Shown one piece after another: positions 1 to 9,438 of a stretch of DNA of 64,000 nt. The DNA comes from a virus, in the IMG/VR virus record IMGVR_UViG_3300009788_000088; one strand, written 5' to 3'. Made by a program: the position numbers and the translations under genes. Under the pieces are notes generated by a model. It worked only from the letters and a program-made list of their open reading frames with translations. It did not search any database and was not told the DNA's origin. How positions within the stretch are numbered: the stretch's first letter is position 1; each line of letters starts with the position of its first letter.

Positions 1-405
1 TGTTGATCTTAATTTTATTGAAATATCCACTACTCGTGGGTTATCATCATCATTATATGTTGATGTATCTATCAAAACATCTTCCACCAATTCTTTCAAT
101 CTATTATCACCCCTGACAAACTGTTGAATTTCTGAGATAGACTTTTGTAATAAGGGGAATACTACACATTTTATTAGAGGACACCCGTAAAGATTTTTAT
201 GTAGAATACTATTAATATTACTATTTAACCAGCTTTCATCAAACTCATCAAATACGGGAAGTCTTTGGTATTCGGTTGAGATAGCATTGTAAGGGTCTGT
301 TATTGTCTCTTTACACATGGGACATTCAAAAGGAATACTGGAATGTATACAATCCCTTATATGATAAGAAGCTGAATAAGTCTTCTTACAATAAGGACAT
401 TCCAT
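1..405 (-). CDS. Partial hypothetical protein with two CxxC motifs, running off the window edge
   Basis: Manual translation from the ATG at 405 gives MECPYCKK...FECPMCKE; the frame stays open to position 1. Confidence 0.6.
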   Translation of the reverse strand, partial: MECPYCKKTYSASYHIRDCIHSSIPFECPMCKETITDPYNAISTEYQRLPVFDEFDESWLNSNINSILHKNLYGCPLIKCVVFPLLQKSISEIQQFVRGDNRLKELVEDVLIDTSTYNDDDNPRVVDISIKLRST

Positions 406-425
406 AATTGGGTGTTTGTTTGGTT

Positions 426-854
426 TCACAGCTTATTGACCTCTTTATAGATTTTCCTTATAACGTAATCCAAAAGAACGGCCTGTCCGGTGGTACAACG
501 TCCCCACCACGTACCGTAGTTATTATCAAGGACGGGTTCCCCGGCGGCCCGGAGCTTCCCAGCAAACCACTTGGTCACCCTCCACCACTCGTAAATTTCT
601 TTGGGCTCCGATTCGAAACAGTCTTCACAGACGTTCATGTCTTCATCCAAAGGAATCTCTTCCTCATCGCACTCAGAACAGGTGCCCTCTTCCCCCTCTT
701 CAAACTCCGTGTAGGCATTCTCGATCTCATCATAAGAGAATCCCTCAAGAGGTGTTTCCAAAGCCCTGATGTCCTCAACCAGACTGGAATCACAGCACAG
801 AAGTTCCCGATCCACGAATTCTCCTATAGCTCTATGAAGTTCAGATTCGGTCAT
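426..854 (-). CDS. Hypothetical acidic protein with CxxC pairs
   Basis: ORF with AGGAGG RBS, co-oriented with its neighbours. Confidence 0.7.
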   Translation of the reverse strand: MTESELHRAIGEFVDRELLCCDSSLVEDIRALETPLEGFSYDEIENAYTEFEEGEEGTCSECDEEEIPLDEDMNVCEDCFESEPKEIYEWWRVTKWFAGKLRAAGEPVLDNNYGTWWGRCTTGQAVLLDYVIRKIYKEVNKL

Positions 855-864
855 AATAAACCTC

Positions 865-1140
865 CTAACAATCGATTAAACGTTCGTGAATGGGAGTAAA
901 ACCCTCCAGCATACCGACACAATCAGTGCTAAAGAAAATCTCTTCCCCGATATGCCCACCATTTTCGTTATCCACCGTATGACCGGGGCCGATGACATTA
1001 CCGAAGCAAGCCTCCAGCGCCCGGACAGTAGAAGCGTTTTCACAGGGGATGGTGAGACCTTTGCCGTTGGATTCAACCAGCAAGTAACCAATTCCCGAAC
1101 CCCACGAGCCGCCAAAACTTTTGATAATTCCTCTCTCCAT
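865..1140 (-). CDS. Hypothetical protein
   Basis: GGAGG RBS, downstream of a sigma70-like promoter. Confidence 0.7.
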   Translation of the reverse strand: MERGIIKSFGGSWGSGIGYLLVESNGKGLTIPCENASTVRALEACFGNVIGPGHTVDNENGGHIGEEIFFSTDCVGMLEGFTPIHERLIDC

Positions 1141-1161
1141 GATAGCCTCCTTTTCAATTAC

Positions 1162-1190
1162 AATATAACTATTAATTATGTTCGTGTCAA
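1162..1190 (-). promoter_or_regulatory. Sigma70-type (early) promoter
   Basis: TTGACA-N17-TATATT. Confidence 0.7.
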
Positions 1191-1366
1191 GTGTTATTCC
1201 TTATAATTGGAATTTCCTCTATATCCTCCAGATCAGTCCCACACATCGGACAGACACGTGGGCCGGTGCAAGGGATAGTACCAGTATACGGAAATCCTAG
1301 AGTGTGTTCACACTCCAGTTCCCTCATTTCAGGAATCATGTGGTGTCTCATCAAAGCCATTTTATT

Positions 1367-1717
1367 TTACACCAATTTGCTGATATTGGAATAGGCATTG
1401 AAAACTACTGCATTGAGCATCTTCAAAGCCTCACTCTTCATGTCATCGAAATACCCACCGGGCTCACAGAAATCTTTTTCATCCTTATAGGAACAAGCTC
1501 CCAGATTGTCATGACCCTTAAACCCTTTCCATGAAGCGGTCACGATTATATCACACCATACCCACTTGTTCCCTGCAAGCAGTTCCTTGACGATAAACTC
1601 TGCCATTGCCTTGTCCGTCTCTTCATCGATAGCCGAACAGTTACCAATAATCGGAATATCAGAGACACCGGCATCAACCTTGAATAACACTTCATCTGCT
1701 TTCAGTTCCCTTATCAT
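1367..1717 (-). CDS. Hypothetical protein
   Basis: ORF in an overlapping minus-strand gene chain. Confidence 0.65.
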   Translation of the reverse strand: MIRELKADEVLFKVDAGVSDIPIIGNCSAIDEETDKAMAEFIVKELLAGNKWVWCDIIVTASWKGFKGHDNLGACSYKDEKDFCEPGGYFDDMKSEALKMLNAVVFNAYSNISKLV

Positions 1718-1896
1718 GATATATCCCCTTCCTTTAAGATGCCAACCTTCTTTAAATTCGAAACGGCGTGTGGACCCAATTTACCATCCTTCGCCAGCTT
1801 CCTTAAATGAGCCGCTTCAGCCGCATTCACCTTCCTATGGAGTATTCTCCCCGTTGCGGCCCATCCAGCTAAAACGGCCCACCTACCTTTTTTCAC
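1714..1896 (-). CDS. Small basic hypothetical protein
   Basis: 4-bp start/stop overlaps with both neighbours. Confidence 0.55.
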   Translation of the reverse strand: MKKGRWAVLAGWAATGRILHRKVNAAEAAHLRKLAKDGKLGPHAVSNLKKVGILKEGDIS

Positions 1897-2075
1897 TTGA
1901 TCTCCTTTACTTTATATCCATCATCAACGTACATATTAAGATGGTCTTCACACAACCACCCCCTACCTTCCAGACTTCCAGTATCAGGATCACGAACATC
2001 AGCTTTAACTAGTTTACCATCTTTAGCGGTGAACTCAATTTCTCCACGCTTACAACTAAAACATGATATGGCCAT
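1893..2075 (-). CDS. Small hypothetical protein with a CxxC motif
   Basis: Likely start MAISC overlaps the upstream stop codon; AGGAG RBS. Confidence 0.55.
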   Translation of the reverse strand: MAISCFSCKRGEIEFTAKDGKLVKADVRDPDTGSLEGRGWLCEDHLNMYVDDGYKVKEIK

Positions 2076-3442
2076 TACTTGATCTCCTTCACTGTACATC
2101 TATTAAGCAGGGTCTCTTTGGCATCCCTGTAGACATTGTGAGCCTTGACCGTACCGTCTATCACAACCGTCTCATCCTTGCTCAACCCGGTCTCACCGTC
2201 CGGCCTCTTGACATTACCTGTTGAGAACCAAGTGAAGAGGTTGTCATCGGTATCGGCAAACTTGTAAATATCGGTCCAACCAAACCCACCTTCAAAACCA
2301 TGCTTGCTCAAAACCGTAACTTCTAACCCTCTTAAACGTTCTTTAATTTCACCGACATACTCAGAGGTCTCGGAGTAGTTAACCCTTGTGGCCTCAAGCT
2401 CAGGAAGCGTGAACCGTCTCCAGTACCATGAAGCCAGTGAAGCGGCCAGACCCTTTGCCCTCTTATTAAGAGCATCGCCAGCGGTTACCGTTATCAGGTT
2501 CCACTCATAATCGTTGAGAGCCTCAGACTCTTCATCGGTCAGATTCTCCGCATACTCCCTGATAGCCTCTATCCACTCAGTAGCGGTCTCAACATCTTCC
2601 ACCGTGGGGAGCATTTCGGTTCTTTTCTCAACTGACCAATCTTTGGAAGCTTTAGAGTTGACATCTTCAATATCCCACGAAGCCTTATCAACAGTAGGGG
2701 TCTCAACTATGTCACCCCATTCATCCCGGCACTTACTGATGGACATAAACTTACCATCCAACCTGACGTTCTTGGCCACGTAGTTCATGAAAGCGGCCAA
2801 TGAGATGTAATTCTCACCCTTGTATTCACCGTCACCCCAAAACTCATTACCACAATCATTTTCGAAGGTCCACCAAAACGTTGCCCAGTTAGCAACAGAA
2901 GAAGCGGTCATGTTACCGATGAAATCTTTAAGGCATGTGCTACCAACCTTTTTGAAATTCCCGTCCTCATCGACAAGAACAAAGGTGTTTTTTCTGAAAC
3001 GCTTGTGGCCACAATGATCACAGGAATCATCCGCTGTCCTGTACTCAAGAGGAAGAGTGATATCACTGGATGATACTACTAAGTTCTTGCCGTCCTCAGT
3101 GGCGGTATGAAGAATAGAAGCAACAAAGGTCCAACCCTCAATGATAGGCTTGGGTCCGGCCACCGTGATAGCGAGAGCGCTAACCCATTCCCGCTTGATG
3201 TGATACGTTACAGGGCAGTAGTCAACTTCCACTTCGATACGGGTCTTGAAGTGAACAGTGAAAGTGGGTTCCTCAACACCAACCTTCTTGGCCTTCTTAA
3301 CCACCTTGGCAAACCGGGCGTTGAAAGCTGGAAGGTTTCGTTCAGGAACAAGAAAGACCCTCTTCCCATCAAGATGGGGGAGGCCGCTTTCCTCATCGTA
3401 GGTTATTTTACTTTTAAAATTCTCAACGAATTCCACAGTCAT
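2075..3442 (-). CDS. Phage protein with a Cys/His motif and a probable C-terminal OB-fold
   Basis: 455 aa; CDHC and GSTCLKDF motifs; C-terminal GTVKAH...KETLLNR pattern resembles an OB-fold. Confidence 0.7.
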   Translation of the reverse strand: MTVEFVENFKSKITYDEESGLPHLDGKRVFLVPERNLPAFNARFAKVVKKAKKVGVEEPTFTVHFKTRIEVEVDYCPVTYHIKREWVSALAITVAGPKPIIEGWTFVASILHTATEDGKNLVVSSSDITLPLEYRTADDSCDHCGHKRFRKNTFVLVDEDGNFKKVGSTCLKDFIGNMTASSVANWATFWWTFENDCGNEFWGDGEYKGENYISLAAFMNYVAKNVRLDGKFMSISKCRDEWGDIVETPTVDKASWDIEDVNSKASKDWSVEKRTEMLPTVEDVETATEWIEAIREYAENLTDEESEALNDYEWNLITVTAGDALNKRAKGLAASLASWYWRRFTLPELEATRVNYSETSEYVGEIKERLRGLEVTVLSKHGFEGGFGWTDIYKFADTDDNLFTWFSTGNVKRPDGETGLSKDETVVIDGTVKAHNVYRDAKETLLNRCTVKEIK

Positions 3443-3648
3443 CTCTCCTATTTTGAGTTACAAGTCACGCAATAAAAAGAATCACGGTAATTATCATAAT
3501 CACCATCTTCTCGTGGAATTAATGCATGACAAGGAAAGTATTTACCGCAGTAATCACACTTGGCAAGAGCCATACAATCCGTTTTAACATAATCAAGTTC
3601 GTGAATGTGTTTACGCATTTCAATCTCCTTTCATCTACCTCCATCTAT

Positions 3649-3677
3649 AATATAACCAATTTAAGCAGTGATGTCAA
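3649..3677 (-). promoter_or_regulatory. Sigma70-type promoter
   Basis: TTGACA-N17-TATATT. Confidence 0.7.
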
Positions 3678-3704
3678 GTAAAATACCTACATTTATTTTA
3701 GGTC

Positions 3705-3740
3705 AAAAAATGCCCCCGATAGGCCATTCCTATCGGGGGC
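3705..3740 (-). terminator. Intrinsic terminator
   Basis: 12-bp stem GCCCCCGATAGG/CCTATCGGGGGC followed by a T-run on the minus strand. Confidence 0.8.
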
Positions 3741-3800
3741 TAGGAGGTTCGGGACAGGGAGAAACGGTAAAGAAAAACCCCACCCCTTTCCTATGGCTAC

Positions 3801-4736
3801 TCAAATGATATTTTTACCCGGCATGAACGTTACCAAGTCAAAGAATTCCTCATGACTCAACTCAAATCCGGCGGCGTGAACATGGCCGCCGCCACCAAAG
3901 TATTCCGCAAGTTCCTTAGCCGTTACGTAACACCCTTCGGCTGACCTGACAGAAAACTTCACATGATTGGAAGTGAAGCTGTAACAGACTGCTACTCGGT
4001 CAATAAACGCCTTTTCAGCTATCAAAGCATCAGCGGCGTCGCTGTATAGGGTTGGGCTGTTGCATGTCCAAACAGGGTATTTCCCTATCCATGCATAACA
4101 GGCTGTGTTAGAGACGATCTCATTGACAATGGACATCCGGGTCTCAAGGATGATCTTCCCCTTCTCTACGACCCCTTGGAAATCGTTCTCCAGTTCCGCA
4201 GATAGAGCATCCCAACGTTCGAAGGTTTTTTTTGCGGTCATAATGTATGCGGATATCTCCCGGCTATAAGGAAGAGCCCAGTTGTACAAATCACGATCAC
4301 TTACATACTTGATAAGTGTGGGCATATCTGAATCCCAACCCTTGACCACCCCCAAGGTATTCGTAAAGAACTGCCACGCTATAACAGCGCCGGAGACATC
4401 AAATTTGATATGGGCGGTTAGATTATCCGGAAGTGATACCCCAGCTTCACGGTATTCTTCAAGAGCTTCTTCAGTCGTCTTATGATGATCCAACAAAAAA
4501 ACTTGTCCAGCTTCCATACACATATTATGAAGTACATCCACGGGATAACAGAAATCGATTAAGATGACTTCATCATACCCCACAACATCCGGAATTTTTT
4601 CTTCGCCGTAATGGGTGGGATAATACACCACCATCACGTCTTCTTCAGATTCCCTCAAAGCGTTGTGTGCTATCCATGCCCCGGTGAATCCATCTGAACA
4701 GTGCGGCCCGTGATAAATAATTATTCTACTTTTCAT
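3801..4736 (-). CDS. DHH/DHHA1 family phosphoesterase (NrnB-like)
   Basis: Motifs CSDG, IDF, LDHH and C-terminal SVRS...GGGGHVHAAGF. Confidence 0.9.
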   Translation of the reverse strand: MKSRIIIYHGPHCSDGFTGAWIAHNALRESEEDVMVVYYPTHYGEEKIPDVVGYDEVILIDFCYPVDVLHNMCMEAGQVFLLDHHKTTEEALEEYREAGVSLPDNLTAHIKFDVSGAVIAWQFFTNTLGVVKGWDSDMPTLIKYVSDRDLYNWALPYSREISAYIMTAKKTFERWDALSAELENDFQGVVEKGKIILETRMSIVNEIVSNTACYAWIGKYPVWTCNSPTLYSDAADALIAEKAFIDRVAVCYSFTSNHVKFSVRSAEGCYVTAKELAEYFGGGGHVHAAGFELSHEEFFDLVTFMPGKNII

Positions 4737-4846
4737 CGTTTATGTCCTCTACTTTGTCCGTTTAAATGTCCACACAATGTTTATACATTATAGATACTTG
4801 CGGTAATTCAGGCTCCTGAAATGTCCGCTTAAATGTCCTTTATACC

Positions 4847-5206
4847 CTATCGGGCATTTTTGATCTTGTCAATGTATAATTTTAGTCTGGTTTTGTCAGT
4901 TAAGGTCATAAAAAGAACCCGAATAAACCCGAACGGGTGTCGTTTCATTGCATACCAGTTTGCCCGGACCTCTGACCAGATGACAGCCATATGGTACTCA
5001 TCGGCCGTTTGATTGGTATGATACACTTCATGATCAAAGATAAACTCATAGGCGGCTGTGCCCTTTTTGAATCTATCGGAAATAAGGATGAGCGTGTAAT
5101 CTACGTACCACTCCGTTAAACCATAATAAGGATATAATTTCTTATCCGGCTCTATCATTAGATATTGCCGAAAGCCTACCTCTGTCCATAGGGCTGAATC
5201 ACTCAT
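4847..5206 (-). CDS. Hypothetical protein with an HExxH motif (possible metallopeptidase)
   Basis: HEVYH followed by a downstream E-x-x-A; GGAGG RBS. Confidence 0.55.
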   Translation of the reverse strand: MSDSALWTEVGFRQYLMIEPDKKLYPYYGLTEWYVDYTLILISDRFKKGTAAYEFIFDHEVYHTNQTADEYHMAVIWSEVRANWYAMKRHPFGFIRVLFMTLTDKTRLKLYIDKIKNAR

Positions 5207-5329
5207 ATTTTCCTCCCAGTCTTATTTCCATTGCCCCCTCTTTGAGAGTATGTCCCAACAAGAGTTTAATGATGTCCCGTAAAGTAAGCTCTATCTTATC
5301 AGAAAAATAGGCACTGTGTGTATATTTCA

Positions 5330-5641
5330 TTATTCTTCTCCAAATTCCTGAAATCGTCCCCAGACGTTAAAAGATTCCCACAAAAACCTCGCTGTCTCTG
5401 GTTTCAGTGATCCAAATTTATTACACCACCGACACCAACAATCCACGTTACCACCACCATATCCCCACTCGGTTGCTGAAATTTCATGTCCTTTTAGTCC
5501 ACAAAACCACTGGTAAAATTTTCTAATGTATCGGGGATACTTAGAAACCTTAGCCCACGTTTGATGATAGGGTTTGTCATTTGTGGGACCGTTCCATTTC
5601 CAATTAGATGCGTCTACTCCTATTGGACATCTCATTAACAT
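5330..5641 (-). CDS. Hypothetical protein
   Basis: ORF in the gene chain; CRWC motif. Confidence 0.55.
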   Translation of the reverse strand: MLMRCPIGVDASNWKWNGPTNDKPYHQTWAKVSKYPRYIRKFYQWFCGLKGHEISATEWGYGGGNVDCWCRWCNKFGSLKPETARFLWESFNVWGRFQEFGEE

Positions 5642-5943
5642 TCTCCGTGGGGACCGTACATCCAGTCTGTCTCATCCCAGTCATCATTAATTCCACACTC
5701 TTTGACCATATCCCAGATGAGCATGGTCCCCCTATCCATCATATCACCTGTTTTCAGGTAATGACAATACCCATTCATTTGAGGCGGAGCATCTGGAATG
5801 TTAGCCCAAAAAGGACAAACCTGACTTGTTAAGCGCATACCCCCTGAACTTTCTCTCCGCCCAGTATGCCAGTAACAATAACACCCGTGGGGGATAACTG
5901 CTTCCGGGTCTTCATGTGATGATGGTGGAAATTTTACTTTCAT
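5635..5943 (-). CDS. Cys-rich hypothetical protein
   Basis: Likely start MKVKFP with a GGAG RBS. Confidence 0.55.
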   Translation of the reverse strand: MKVKFPPSSHEDPEAVIPHGCYCYWHTGRRESSGGMRLTSQVCPFWANIPDAPPQMNGYCHYLKTGDMMDRGTMLIWDMVKECGINDDWDETDWMYGPHGEC

Positions 5944-6137
5944 ATTACTCCATTCAAATCCCTCATCCAGCCGGGACACCAAAAGGGTTTTTTTAAAATC
6001 CGTGGTACGTACCACGGAAGAAAGTGGACATCCCACTTGTTGCAATACCAAACATTGCTACCATCAATATGCTCCCCAAACAATACTTTTACATATTTAC
6101 AAGTGGAGCATTGTTTGACAGGCTTACCCCATTTCAT
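5940..6137 (-). CDS. Small Cys-rich hypothetical protein
   Basis: 4-bp overlap with the downstream gene. Confidence 0.5.
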   Translation of the reverse strand: MKWGKPVKQCSTCKYVKVLFGEHIDGSNVWYCNKWDVHFLPWYVPRILKKPFWCPGWMRDLNGVI

Positions 6138-6182
6138 TTTTCTGTACTTCCTTCGATTTTCTTTTTTAAAAATCAGACATGC

Positions 6183-6449
6183 TCAATGGGGAGCATCCGC
6201 ACATATACGACCCGTGGGCTTGTAATCCAACCCCATACAGTCACATCCAAATCGGCCGCAATTATTCATGCCTATCCTTGTGGACAGTTCATCAATAAGT
6301 TCACGGGTGGTGGCATTGTCCAGCCATGCCTGACTCCAGATACTTTTTAACATTTCTTCCAGAGATGCTACAAGTTCTGGAGACGGATTGATGACATTAC
6401 CCTTGGCTATAGCGGCGGCCACCATGTCTTTTATGCGATCAATATACAT
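6183..6449 (-). CDS. Hypothetical protein
   Basis: AGGAGG RBS. Confidence 0.6.
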   Translation of the reverse strand: MYIDRIKDMVAAAIAKGNVINPSPELVASLEEMLKSIWSQAWLDNATTRELIDELSTRIGMNNCGRFGCDCMGLDYKPTGRICADAPH

Positions 6450-6458
6450 AACTACCTC

Positions 6459-7154
6459 CTAAACGAATTCATCATCTTCCTTGACAACAATGTCCTCAAA
6501 GATAACGGGAATGATTTTCTTAAGTTGTTTCAAGAGCGGTTTCATAAGCTGACGCATCTGGGGGTGAGCCGTAGGAGCAGTCCTCTGATTAAACATGAGT
6601 CTCCACTGACGCATGTTGGCCGTCACCATGATTTCCGTCTTCAGACCGATAGGTAGAACGTTCCGGGCCTGTTCCGGTTTCCACCCCATTTCAACGAGAT
6701 TAAAGTAATGGCGTTCAGCGTCCATCATGGCCTGATTGAACTCATCATAAAGCTTTTCTCCCATGCCTTCCCCGTACCGCTCATCATCGTACCATGACGG
6801 TGGATTCTCGATAATTTGAATCTCTCCACCGTGGCGGTCATTGGTATAATTACAGTAACGAGTGGATTCTTGTGAGAAAGAACAAAGACGGTGACGAACC
6901 TCTTCATGAGATACGCCCCGGTTACAGATGAACCGAACTGTCAAACTGGCATGTTCTAAAACAGATTCATGACCACGAGCGATAATCATCCGAACAAACT
7001 TTTTGGTAGCTTCGGATGCAATAACATGCTCAGGGTTTATATTCATCTTATGCTCTGACTTGTAACAGGTCCGACCACACTTTTCAATGTGTTCAAGAAT
7101 ACGTTTCCCACTAACGGAACTTTCAATTACAAAACGGGGTTTAACTGGAATCAT
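6459..7154 (-). CDS. thyX: FAD-dependent thymidylate synthase
   Basis: GHESVLEH, the RHR-x4-SQESTRY ThyX signature, ARNVLP and AHPQMR. Confidence 0.95.
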   Translation of the reverse strand: MIPVKPRFVIESSVSGKRILEHIEKCGRTCYKSEHKMNINPEHVIASEATKKFVRMIIARGHESVLEHASLTVRFICNRGVSHEEVRHRLCSFSQESTRYCNYTNDRHGGEIQIIENPPSWYDDERYGEGMGEKLYDEFNQAMMDAERHYFNLVEMGWKPEQARNVLPIGLKTEIMVTANMRQWRLMFNQRTAPTAHPQMRQLMKPLLKQLKKIIPVIFEDIVVKEDDEFV

Positions 7155-7371
7155 TGTTATCTTCCCTTTTAATACAATGGTTGGTACTCACTGTCACGGT
7201 TACGGCCTCAATGGACGTTCTCTCCTTGATTCCTATAAACGTCTTGCGACCGTTGTTAGGAATCAAAACCAGAGCGATGAAATCCATGGAGCCCATAAAA
7301 TCAGAGCCCAGTGTCTGGGTCAGCACTCTCTTCACTTGTCCCTGTTGCTCTTCAGATAGCTGGGTATACAT
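7141..7371 (-). CDS. Hypothetical protein
   Basis: AGGAGG RBS, fills the gap in the operon. Confidence 0.55.
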   Translation of the reverse strand: MYTQLSEEQQGQVKRVLTQTLGSDFMGSMDFIALVLIPNNGRKTFIGIKERTSIEAVTVTVSTNHCIKREDNNDSS

Positions 7372-7374
7372 AGA

Positions 7375-7911
7375 TTACCTCCTTCTTCTCATTACGTCTT
7401 GGGGGTCAAAAGGCATATCCCTGACCCCCTTTAAATCATCACGTATTTCCATGATAATCTTGCCAAGGTTATTCGCACCGATTCCCCCGCTCATCCCCCA
7501 GAAGATGTCTCCCCAGTGATTCCCCTCAATGATGACAACATGCTCATGGGTCTGTATGAGGCTGGAACGGAAAGGCTCCTGTTCAAATTTCTGGTGAACA
7601 AGGTCTTTCATAATGGATACCCGAACCTGTTCCCAATCATCCCGGAGCTTCACGGCGTTACCAGCTTTCTTGGCGTTGCCGGGAGACATACAGGAGATAG
7701 CTCTTCGAAGTTCATGATTGAACGTCTTGGCCGCTTGGTATGCCGCCTCCACCGTGATGAAAGGCATCCCGTCCAAATAGATGGAGTCTTCCAGTGTGGC
7801 GAAGTTGCTCAGGTAGCGCTCATCCCCATCGAATGAAATTATATTACCTTGTCGATTTCTCATAAGCACTCCAATTTGTATCCCATCAGGGAGTCTCTTT
7901 GAATCCCACAT
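7375..7911 (-). CDS. NADAR (YbiA-like) N-glycosidase
   Basis: LSNF, TVEAAYQAAK, KF, EGNHWGDIFWG and GANNLGKIIMEIR motifs. Confidence 0.92.
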   Translation of the reverse strand: MWDSKRLPDGIQIGVLMRNRQGNIISFDGDERYLSNFATLEDSIYLDGMPFITVEAAYQAAKTFNHELRRAISCMSPGNAKKAGNAVKLRDDWEQVRVSIMKDLVHQKFEQEPFRSSLIQTHEHVVIIEGNHWGDIFWGMSGGIGANNLGKIIMEIRDDLKGVRDMPFDPQDVMRRRR

Positions 7912-8107
7912 AAGACAAGAGAGCCGCCAGCGCCCATACCACTGTGAAGATGCCGATGTACTTTACATAATTCATGGGAGCTTTGTAGAGGAAAAGAGCG
8001 GCCAGAATAATGATATGGAAAATCACAATGTATGACCGCACAAAGAATTGTTTCTTGTGTTCCTGTTTACCGCCTTTGTCCCCATACCAACAGTTTGCCA
8101 TAACCAA
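7886..8107 (-). CDS. Small membrane protein
   Basis: Two hydrophobic segments; GGAGG RBS. Confidence 0.5.
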   Translation of the reverse strand: MVMANCWYGDKGGKQEHKKQFFVRSYIVIFHIIILAALFLYKAPMNYVKYIGIFTVVWALAALLSYVGFKETP

Positions 8108-8123
8108 CCTCCATATTCGCTAT

Positions 8124-8516
8124 TCACGAATCAAGAATAACTGGTTCGATATTATCATTCCAGTATGTTAAGTTACCTCTGTTCATCGACTCCTTTATCA
8201 TATGGTGGGTGCCTGTGCTTACGCCATCCCAGACAGCTACCACTATATCAGCATCATCCGCCATTTCCGAATTACGAATGCGGCCAGCCCGGTAACGTCC
8301 GTACTTGGACCAGTTGGCTGGGTAAAGCTTGAAAGGGATACCACTCTCATCAGCAATCTGTTTGGCAATCGTATCAACTCCACGAGCACCTCCAGAAATA
8401 ATAAGGGTGATATCCCCCGGCTTCACACCAAGAGCATCCAGCCCGACCCGAACCGTTCTAGATACCAGAACTTTCTTCGTTATCGTTCTGCTCCCCACTA
8501 TCGCCAGCACCATCAC
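8124..8516 (-). CDS. SLOG family protein (YspA/DUF2493-like)
   Basis: AIVGSR, ISGGARGVD, AGRIRNSEM and WDGVSTGT motifs. Confidence 0.88.
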   Translation of the reverse strand: MMVLAIVGSRTITKKVLVSRTVRVGLDALGVKPGDITLIISGGARGVDTIAKQIADESGIPFKLYPANWSKYGRYRAGRIRNSEMADDADIVVAVWDGVSTGTHHMIKESMNRGNLTYWNDNIEPVILDS

Positions 8517-9108
8517 TCACCAGTTCTTTCAGAAGATCGAAAAGTGGTTTGATATCCTTGATGATTTTTGCTTTGAGTTCTGGATTGTCGGCCCCCATTT
8601 CCCGTAAATCTTTGACCATCTCACCGGCCGATGATAAGAGAGGAGAGTTGATCGACTCTTCTAGGCCGCCTTTGTTAAAAGCATATGCCCGAAGCACTTC
8701 CGCTTCCCGACAACTCAGAAACTGGTCAGCATCTTCTACCGGCATGGCGAAAGCCGTAACCAACCGGGGAATGCCCTGAATATTGGAGTAATGGCAACGA
8801 CAATAATTAACCTCCCTGAACGGGACGGTTGTTACTGCGGCGGCCACAGTATCAGGAGTGATTTCTTCATGGGTCCGATTCTTAATATCGTTCACCATTT
8901 TTTCAGGTAAACTGTCCCCATTAAAGATATCAACCATCTTCACGGCACGGCCTTGAGCAATCTTCCGACCCAACTTACGGTTGGGTTGATCGATTGGACT
9001 CCTGTAGGCACGGCCCACATAAATGATATTGATATTCTCATCCACAAGGATGTAAGAAGCTACATCAATATCCCCAGATTCTCGATTGTATACAGTAAAC
9101 TCTTTCAT
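8458..9108 (-). CDS. Hypothetical protein
   Basis: Likely start MKEF with an AAGGAG RBS. Confidence 0.6.
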   Translation of the reverse strand: MKEFTVYNRESGDIDVASYILVDENINIIYVGRAYRSPIDQPNRKLGRKIAQGRAVKMVDIFNGDSLPEKMVNDIKNRTHEEITPDTVAAAVTTVPFREVNYCRCHYSNIQGIPRLVTAFAMPVEDADQFLSCREAEVLRAYAFNKGGLEESINSPLLSSAGEMVKDLREMGADNPELKAKIIKDIKPLFDLLKELVSDGAGDSGEQNDNEESSGI

Positions 9109-9344
9109 GCCATACGCTCCTTTGTGAAACCTTCTAAACATGATCCTTTACGCTCTACATAAGTGCCGTGTAATCGACACCTTGACGGTTTGTTCCTGTG
9201 ATGATCACAGTTCTGACAAATGGGGCGATCTTCTGGTTTAACGTACCCCGTACCAGCAATGATTTTGGGTTTAGTGGCCTTCTTTGATTTTTCCGTGGCC
9301 GCCTGTTTGCGGTTCTTTTTTTGTATGCGCTTCTCTTGTTTCAT
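9105..9344 (-). CDS. Basic Cys-containing hypothetical protein
   Basis: AAGGAG RBS, downstream of a promoter. Confidence 0.55.
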   Translation of the reverse strand: MKQEKRIQKKNRKQAATEKSKKATKPKIIAGTGYVKPEDRPICQNCDHHRNKPSRCRLHGTYVERKGSCLEGFTKERMA

Positions 9345-9402
9345 TCCACGCTCCTTTTGTTATGACATGTCGATTAGATGTACACGTCTATCATTGCTAT
9401 CT

Positions 9403-9430
9403 AATATAACCTATTTTTTCGACATGTCAA
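9403..9430 (-). promoter_or_regulatory. Sigma70-type promoter
   Basis: TTGACA-N16-TATATT. Confidence 0.6.
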
Positions 9431-9438
9431 GCTTTTTA

